Positions 54,238 to 64,000 of a stretch of 64,000 bases of DNA are shown in pieces. The notes below the pieces were generated by a model, which worked only from the letters and a program-made list of their open reading frames with translations, was not told where the DNA came from and made no database searches. The translations under genes were made by a program, and so were the position numbers. Each line of letters opens with the position of its first letter. Positions within the stretch are counted from its first letter, which is position 1. Source of the DNA: the human T2T-CHM13v2.0 reference genome, Homo sapiens; assembly GCF_009914755.1 (NCBI RefSeq), contig NC_060945.1, one strand, 5' to 3'.

Positions 54238-55580
54238 GTCTGTCTGTCCGTCTGTCTGTCTCGGTCTCTGGCTCTCGCTATCTCCCGCCCTCTCTTTTTT
54301 TGCAAAAGAAGCTCAAGTACATCTAATCTAATCCCTTACCAAGGCCTGAATTCTTCACTTCTGACATCCCAGATTTGATCTCCCTACAGAATGCTGTACA
54401 GAACTGGCGAGTTGATTTCTGGACTTGGATACCTCATAGAAACTACATATGAATAAAGATCCAATCCTAAAATCTGGGGTGGCTTCTCCCTCGACTGTCT
54501 CGAAAAATCGTACCTCTGTTCCCCTAGGATGCCGGAAGAGTTTTCTCAATGTGCATCTGCCCGTGTCCTAAGTGATCTGTGACCGAGCCCTGTCCGTCCT
54601 GTCTCAAATATGTACGTGCAAACACTTCTCTCCATTTCCACAACTACCCACGGCCCCTTGTGGAACCACTGGCTCTTTGAAAAAAATCCCAGAAGTGGTT
54701 TTGGCTTTTTGGCTAGGAGGCCTAAGCCTGCTGAGAACTTTCCTGCCCAGGATCCTGTGTGACCAAAAGTGCCTCTGCTGGGAGCTGGGATCCTCGGGAC
54801 CATGCTTGCTAGCGCTGGATGAGTCTCTGGAAGGACGCACGGGACTCCGCAAAGCTGACCTGTCCCACCGAGGTCAAATGGATACCTCTGCATTGGCCCG
54901 AGGCCTCCGAAGTACATCACCGTCACCAACCGTCACCGTCAGCATCCTTGTGAGCCTGCCCAAGGCCCCGCCTCCGGGGAGACTCTTGGGAGCCCGGCCT
55001 TCGTCGGCTAAAGTCCAAAGGGATGGTGACTTCCACCCACAAGGTCCCCACTGAACGGCGAAGATGTGGAGCGTAGGTCAGAGAGGGGACCAGGAGGGGA
55101 GACGTCCCGACAGGCGACGAGTTCCCAAGGCTCTGGCCACCCCACCCACGCCCCACGCCCCACGTCCCGGGCACCCGCGGGACACCGCCGCTTTATCCCC
55201 TCCTCTGTCCACAGCCGGCCCCACCCCACCACGCAACCCACGCACACACGCTGGAGGTTCCAAAACCACACGGTGTGACTAGAGCCTGACGGAGCGAGAG
55301 CCCATTTCACGAGGTGGGAGGGGTGGGGGTGGGGTGGGTTGGGGGTTGTGGGGTCTGTGGCGAGCCCGATTCTCCCTCTTGGGTGGCTACAGGCTAGAAA
55401 TGAATATCGCTTCTTGGGCGGAGGGGCTTCCTTAGGCCATCACCGCTTGTGGGACTACCTCTCAAACCCTCCCTTGAGGCCACAAAATAGATTCCACCCC
55501 ACCCATCGACGTTTCCCCCGGGTGCTGGATGTATCCTGTCAAGAGACCTGAGCCTGACACCGTCGAATTAAACACCTTGA

Positions 55581-55757
<177 letters not shown>

Positions 55758-55845
55758 TAGACACGGGGTTTCACCCTCTTTCATTGGTTTTCACTGGAGA
55801 TTCTAGATTCGAGCCACACCTCATTCCGTGCCACAGAGAGACTTC

Positions 55846-58800
55846 TTTTTTTTTTTTTTTTTAAGCGCAACGCAACATGTCTGCCTTATTTGAGTGGCTT
55901 CCTATATCATTATAATTGTGTTATAGATGAAGAAACGGTATTAAACACTGTGCTAATGATAGTGAAAGTGAAGACAAAAGAAAGGCTATCTATTTTGTGG
56001 TTAGAATAAAGTTGCTCAGTATTTAGAGCTACCTAAATACGTCAGCATTTACACTCTTCCTAGTAAAAGCTGGCCAATCTGAATAATCCTCCTTTAAACA
56101 AACACAATTTTTGATAGGGTTAAGATTTTTTTAAGAATGCGACTCCTGCAAAATAGCTGAACAGACGATACACATTTAAAAAAATAACAACACAAGGATC
56201 AACCAGACTTGGGAAAAAATCGAAAACCACACAAGTCTTATGAAGAACTGAGTTCTTAAAATAGGACGGAGAACGTAGCTATCGGAAGAGAAGGCAGTAT
56301 TGGCAAGTTGATTGTTACGTTGGTCAGCAGTAGCTGGCACTATCTTTTTGGCCATCTTTCGGGCAATGTAACTACTACAGCAAAATGAGATATGATCCAT
56401 TAAACAACATATTCGCAAATCAAAAAGTGTTTCAGTAATATAATGCTTCAGATTTAGAAGCAAATCAAATGATAGAACTCCACTGCTGTAATAAGTCACC
56501 CCAAAGATCACCGTATCTGACAAAATAACTACCACAGGGTTATGACTTCAGAATCATACTTTCTCTTGATATTTACTTATGTATGTATTTATTTTTTTTA
56601 ATTTATTTCTCTTGAGACGGCGTCTCGCTCTGTCGCCCAGGCTGGAGTGCGATGGTGTGATCTCGGCTCACTGCAACCGCCACCTCCCTGGGTTCAAGCG
56701 ATTCTCCTGCCTCAGCCTCCCGAGTAGCTGGGACTACAGGTGCCCGCCACCACGCCCAGCTAATCTTTATACTTTTAATAGAGACGGGGTTTCACCGTGT
56801 CGGCCCGGATGGTCTCGATCTCTTGACCTCGTGACCCGCCCGCCTCGGCCTCCCAAAGTGCTGGGATGACAGGCGTGAGCCACTGAGCCCGGCCTTCTCT
56901 TGACGTTTAAACTATGAAGTCAGTCCAGAGAAACGCAATAAATGTCAACGGTGAGGATGGTGTTGAGGCAGAAGTAGGACCACACTTTTTCCTATCTTAT
57001 TCAGTTGATAACAATATGACCTAGGTAGTAATTTCCTATGTGCCTACTTATACACGAGTACAAAAGAGTAAAACAGAGAGACTGCTAAATTAAAGGGTAC
57101 GTGAAGTTCTTCATAGTAACTCCGTAAACTGGAACACTGTCAAAAAGCAGCAGCTAGTGAATTGTTTCCATGTATTTTTCTATGATCCAATAAGTGAACT
57201 ATGCTATTCCTTTCCAGTCTCCCAAGCACTTCTTGTCCCCATCACCACTTCGGTGCTCGAAGAAAAAGTAACAAATCAAGGAACACAACTAAAGAAACAC
57301 ACACACAAACCAAAGACAACTACAGCGTCTGCAAAAGTTTGCTAGAAGACTGAAACTGTTGAGTATAAGGATCTGGTATTCTACGATCATGAGTTCACTT
57401 CAGAGTTTGTTCAAGACATACGTTTCGTAAGGAAACATCTTAGTTAGAAGTTATTCAGCAGTAGGTACCATCCCTAAGTATTTTTCACCAAATTCGTGAC
57501 AATAAAGAGCTATCTAACCAGAAAAATTAGCGAGTACCGGCACCATCCATAGGGCTTTGTCTTTACGCTTCATTAGCACTTACCATGCCTTACAATGTCT
57601 AGGATTGACCCTGATAGCATTTCGAAAACAAGCTAATGCTTTGTCCAGTTCTTCAGTGAAGACAAGCTCACGCCCTAATGCGCTATAGGCATAAGCATCA
57701 TTTGGATCCACTTCGAGAGTTCTCTGGAAGAATTGAATCGCAATATCGTGTTCCCGTTGCAGACCGAAACAGTTCCCTGCAGCACACCAGGCCTCTGGCT
57801 GGCGAATTTTTATCCATGTCTGTGAAGTCTTTGGACAGAACTGAAAGAGCAACCTCTTTCGGAGGATGCCAAAGTGTTGTAGAGTAGATCTCCATGCCTT
57901 CGACTCTGTAATTCTCAATCCTCCTAACCTCTGAGAATTGTCTTTCAGCTTGCGTGGACTCTGAAAGTTTACAATAGGCCCTTCCGATTTGGCACAGTAC
58001 CCAACCGGTATTGCAGTGGTGAGAAGCTAGATGGCTCAAGATGCTGATAGCTTCTTTGCCGTGGTAAGAACACAAAGCTAAATAACCTTTCCCCCTTTCA
58101 CGAAGAAGGCTCATCAAGCCTTCCGCTGCTGCTTTTTGTAGATTAAAAGCCTGAATCTGAGGCGCGATTGCGGCTATTTTCCCTTCTGAAATGACGGAAG
58201 AGTCCAATTTTGTCACTTCCAGGCTATCACTTATGTTCGGTGGAGTTATTGCTCCTTTATTAGTTTTACTTTTGGTTCTTCTGTTTGGGATTTTAGGTGG
58301 AAACTTCATTTTTAATTTTCTCCTATTCTCCTCGGTTGTGGAGCTGTCACTAGTCAAGAGTCGTGAATGTCTTCGAGGCGGTGCATTTGGGGGAGATGCC
58401 ATAGTGGGGCTCAATACCTGAGGTGTTGCCCTTGTCGGCGGACCAGAACTTTGTGTTTTTGCAAGGACTGGAGTTACCTTTCGGCTCTTTCCCCTCTGCG
58501 AGAAGACAGACGGTGTTCCGGTTTGGCCGATTCTGGCAACAGGCTTTTTTGAAGGGGCTCCGGTGGATGGCACGTCAATGACAGACGGTGTCTCATACCA
58601 GTGCAGTTTTGTCAATAGGGTCCGTCTCCGGGACTTGGGGTTTCTAATGGCAAAATGCCAACACTTGGGGTTAATGGACTAACAGCTGCTGGTCCTCCTA
58701 ATAAACTTCGACCAGTTTTTGGTTTATGTTGAACCTGTTTAGATCATATGGAAGTTCCTGTTCCCAGTGGGACAGTATCAGGTGAAAGGACAGCTGAATC

Positions 58801-59641
58801 GATAGAAGACACTGGGGAGTCTGTATTCAAGGAGTACTTTGAATTGGAAGATTCTAAATTCCATCCGTTTCATTCGACGGTGTCCTGGGGTGTTTCCGTA
58901 AGAACGGTCTCGGGCTGTCTGTGACATAAACTAGGACGAGGTCCAAGTGTTGTGGCGCAACACTTGGACAGGCAGTTGCTAAAGCTCTCTAGAGAGGTGA
59001 ATCAAAATGTTTGGTCAGGATCTGGCTTTTCCCCCCTATTTCACATCATGATTCAAAGGGACACCAGAGGAAAGGATTTCAACGAAGGCTCTTTTGGTCA
59101 CATTCTGATCCTTTGGTAAGCCGATCTGTCTTGCAATATACATGTCCCGACGATGGAAGGGGAAAGCGAGCTGAATCACCAAACTCAGGAACGATAATAT
59201 CATCGTGGCTTTTCTGCTTATGAAACACTCCACCCGATAAGATTTGATCCCCTTCTGCAAGCTTGCTGAGATCAACACAACATTTCGCAAGCAGGCATTT
59301 GCATTGCGGGGTAGTACAACTGTGTCCTTTCAAGAGTCTATATGTTTTATAGGCCTTTCCTGAGCGGTAAGAACAGGTCGCCAGTAAGAACAAGGCTTCT
59401 TCTGAGTGTACTTCTGCATAAAGGCGTTCTGCGGGGGAAACCGCATCTCGGTAGGCATAGTGGTTTAGTGCTTGCCATATAGCAGCCTGGACGGGTCCCT
59501 GCAGCACCGCCATCCTCGAGGCTCAGGCCCACTTTCTGCAGTGCCACAGGCACCCCCCCCCCCCATAGCGGCTCCGGCCCGGCCAGCCCCGGCTCATTTA
59601 AAGGCACCAGCCGCCGTTACCGGGGGATGGGGGAGTCCGAG
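55846..59641 (-). pseudogene. CDC27P: CDC27 processed pseudogene, copy in the next unit
   Basis: Same as 11461-15256 shifted by +44385. Confidence 0.93.
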
Positions 59642-60431
59642 ACAGAATGACTTCTTTATCCTGCTGACTCTGGAAAGCCCGGCGCCTTGTGATCCATTGC
59701 AAACCGAGAGTCACCTCGTGTTTAGAACACGGATCCACTCCCAAGTTCAGTGGGGGGATGTGAGGGGTGTGGCAGGTAGGACGAAGGACTCTCTTCCTTC
59801 TGATTCGGTCTGCACAGTGGGGCCTAGGGCTGGAGCTCTCTCCGTGCGGACCGCTGACTCCCTCTACCTTGGGTTCCCTCGGCCCCACCCTGGAACGCCG
59901 GGCCTTGGCAGATTCTGGCCCTTCCTGGCCCTTCAGTCGCTGTCAGAAACCCCATCTCATGCTCGGATGCCCCGAGTGACTGTGGCTCGCACCTCTCCGG
60001 AAACATTGGAAATCTCTCCTCTACGCGCGGCCACCTGAAACCACAGGAGCTCGGGACACACGTGCTTTCGGGAGAGAATGCTGAGAGTCTCTTGCCGACT
60101 CTCTCTTGACTTGAGTTCTTCGTGGGTGCGTGGTTAAGACGTAGTGAGACCAGATGTATTAACTCAGGCCGGGTGCTGGTGGCTCACGCCTGTAACCCCA
60201 ACACTTTGGGAGGCCGAGGCCGTAGGATCCCTCGAGGAATCGCCTAACCCTGGGGAGGTTGAGGTTGCAGTGAGTGAGCCATAGTTGTGTCACTGTGCTC
60301 CAGTCTGGGCGAAAGACAGAATGAGGCCCTGCCACAGGCAGGCAGGCAGGCAGGCAGGCAGAAAGACAACAGCTGTATTATGTTCTTCTCAGGGTAGGAA
60401 GCAAAAATAACAGAATACAGCACTTAATTAA

Positions 60432-60554
<123 letters not shown>

Positions 60555-60776
60555 TGAGTAGCTGGGATTACAGGGAGGAGCCACCACACCCAGCTGATTT
60601 TGTATTGTTAGTAGAGACGGCATTTCTCCATGTGGGTCAGGCTGGTCTCGAACTGGCGACCCCAGTGGATCTGCCCGCCCCGGCCTCCCAAAGTGCTGGG
60701 GTGACAGGCGTGAGCCATCGTGACTGGCCGGCTACGTTTATTTATTTATTTTTTTAATTATTTTACTTTTTTTTAG

Positions 60777-61035
<259 letters not shown>

Positions 61036-62284
61036 TAGCCAGGATGGTCTCGATCTCCTGACCCCGTGATCCGTCCACCTCGGCCTCCCAAAGTGCTGGG
61101 ATGACAGGCGTGAGCCACCGCCCCCGGCCTATTTATCTATTTATTAACTTTGAGTCCAGGTTATGAAACCAGTTAGTTTTTGTAATTTTTTTTTTTTTTT
61201 TTTTTTTTTTGAGACGAGGTTTCACCGTGTTGCCAAGGCTTGGACCGAGGGATCCACCGGCCCTCGGCCTCCCAAAAGTGCGGGGATGACAGGCGCGAGC
61301 CTACCGCGCCCGGACCCCCCCTTTCCCCTTCCCCCGCTTGTCTTCCCGACAGACAGTTTCACGGCAGAGCGTTTGGCTGGCGTGCTTAAACTCATTCTAA
61401 ATAGAAATTTGGGACGTCAGCTTCTGGCCTCACGGACTCTGAGCCGAGGAGTCCCCTGGTCTGTCTATCACAGGACCGTACACGTAAGGAGGAGAAAAAT
61501 CGTAACGTTCAAAGTCAGTCATTTTGTGATACAGAAATACACGGATTCACCCAAAACACAGAAAGCAGTCTTTTAGAAATGGCCTTAGCCCTGGTGTCCG
61601 TGCCAGTGATTCTTTTCGGTTTGGACCTTGACTGAGAGGATTCCCAGTCGGTCTCTCGTCTCTGGACGGAAGTTCCAGATGATCCGATGGGTGGGGGACT
61701 TAGGCTGCGTCCCCCCAGGAGCCCTGGTCGATTAGTTGTGGGGATCGCCTTGGAGGGCGCGGTGACCCACTGTGCTGTGGGAGCCTCCATCCTTCCCCCC
61801 ACCCCCTCCCCAGGGGATCCCAATTCATTCCGGGCTGACACGCTCACTGGCAGGCGTCGGGCATCACCTAGCGGTCACTGTTACTCTGAAAACGGAGGCC
61901 TCACAGAGGAAGGGAGCACCAGGCCGCCTGCGCACAGCCTGGGGCAACTGTGTCTTCTCCACCGCCCCCGCCCCCACCTCCAAGTTCCTCCCTCCCTTGT
62001 TGCCTAGGAAATCGCCACTTTGACGACCGGGTCTGATTGACCTTTGATCAGGCAAAAACGAACAAACAGATAAATAAATAAAATAACACAAAAGTAACTA
62101 ACTAAATAAAATAAGTCAATACAACCCATTACAATACAATAAGATACGATACGATAGGATGCGATAGGATACGATAGGATACAATACAATACGATACGAT
62201 ACAATACAATACAATACAATACAATACAATACAATACAATACAATACAATACAATACGCCGGGCGCGGTGGCTCATGCCTGTCA

Positions 62285-62536
<252 letters not shown>

Positions 62537-62796
62537 TCAAAAATAAATACATAAATAAATACATACATACATACATACATACATACATAAATTAAAATAA
62601 ATAAATAAAATAAAATAAATAAATGGGCCCTGCGCGGTGGCTCAAGCCTGTCATCCCCTCACTTTGGGAGGCCAAGGCCGGTGGATCAAGAGGCGGTCAG
62701 ACCAACAGGGCCAGTATGGTGAAACCCCGTCTCTACTCACAATACACAACATTAGCCGGGCGCTGTGCTGTGCTGTACTGTCTGTAATCCCAGCTA

Positions 62797-63090
<294 letters not shown>

Positions 63091-63786
63091 TTAACTTCAT
63101 TTTATGTTATTATCATGATTGATGTTTCGAGACGGAGTCTCGGAGGCCCGCCCTCCCTGGTTGCCCAGACAACCCCGGGAGACAGACCCTGGCTGGGCCC
63201 GATTGTTCTTCTCCTTGGTCAGGGGTTTCCTTGTCTTTCTTCGTGTCTTTAACCCGCGTGGACTCTTCCGCTCGGGTTTGACAGATGGCAGCTCCACTTT
63301 AGGCCTTGTTGTTGTTGGGGACTTTCCTGATTCTCCCCAGATGTAGTGAAAGCAGGTAGATTTGCCTTGCCTGGACTTGCCTGGCCTTGCCTTTTCTTTC
63401 TTTCTTTCTTTATTACTTTCTCTTTTTCTTCTTCTTCTTCTTCTTCTTCTTCTTCTTCTTCTTCTTCTTCTTCTTCTTCTTCTTCTTCTTCTTCTTCTTT
63501 TTTTTGAGACAGAGTTTCACTCTTGTTGCCCAGGCTAGAGGGCAATGGTGCGATCTCGGCTCACCGCACCCTCCGCCTCCCAGGTTCAAGCGATTCTCCT
63601 GCCTCAGCCTCCTGATTAGCTGGGATTACAGGCATGGGCCACCGTGCCTGGCTGATGTTTGTACTTTTAGTAGAGACGGTGTTTTTCCATGTTGGTCAGG
63701 CTGGTCTCCCACTCCCAACCTCAGGTGGTCCGCCTGCCTTAGCCTCCCAAAGTGCTGGGATGACAGGCGTGAGCCACCGCGCCCAG

Positions 63787-63827
<41 letters not shown>

Positions 63828-64000
63828 CGCTTGCTTGCTTGCTTTCGTGCTTTCTTGCTTTCCCGTTTTCTTGCTTTCTTTCTTTCTTTCGTTTCTTTCA
63901 TGCTTGCTTTCTTGCTTGCTTGCTTGCTTTCGTGCTTTCTTGCTTTCCTGTTTTCTTTTTCTTTCTTTCTTTCTTTCTTTCTTTTGTTTCTTTCTTGCTT

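Overview
This is human ribosomal DNA (an acrocentric-chromosome NOR array), about 1.44 tandem units with a period of 44,385 bp: positions 1-19,615 recur, apparently identically, at 44,386-64,000. One complete RNA polymerase I unit lies on the + strand: TSS 22427, 5'ETS, 18S 26067-27935, ITS1, 5.8S 29014-29170, ITS2, 28S 30339-35412, 3'ETS. It is followed by three Sal-box terminator (R) repeats. The intergenic spacer (IGS) holds two ~4.2 kb tandem long repeats (inverted Alu pair plus CT tract), many Alus and microsatellites, a CDC27 retropseudogene, the RGC p53 element, and a CTCF/spacer-promoter/T0 region. I find no credible protein-coding gene; almost all track ORFs are low-complexity, GC-rich or Alu artefacts. 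I do not see a clearly new biological system, and the locus is well studied. The most interesting sequence-level observations are: (1) the CDC27 retrocopy appears to come from an intron-retaining, intronically polyadenylated transcript and is bounded by a visible target-site duplication (TSD); (2) a diverged CTCF-like plus RFX X-box-like module is dispersed in three IGS copies; (3) many separate Alus share the same GATTAC>GATGAC change, alongside CpG excess in AT-rich DNA; (4) the CT tracts carry a hidden ~225 bp periodicity. Named identifications rest on recall of reference sequences, not on database searches.
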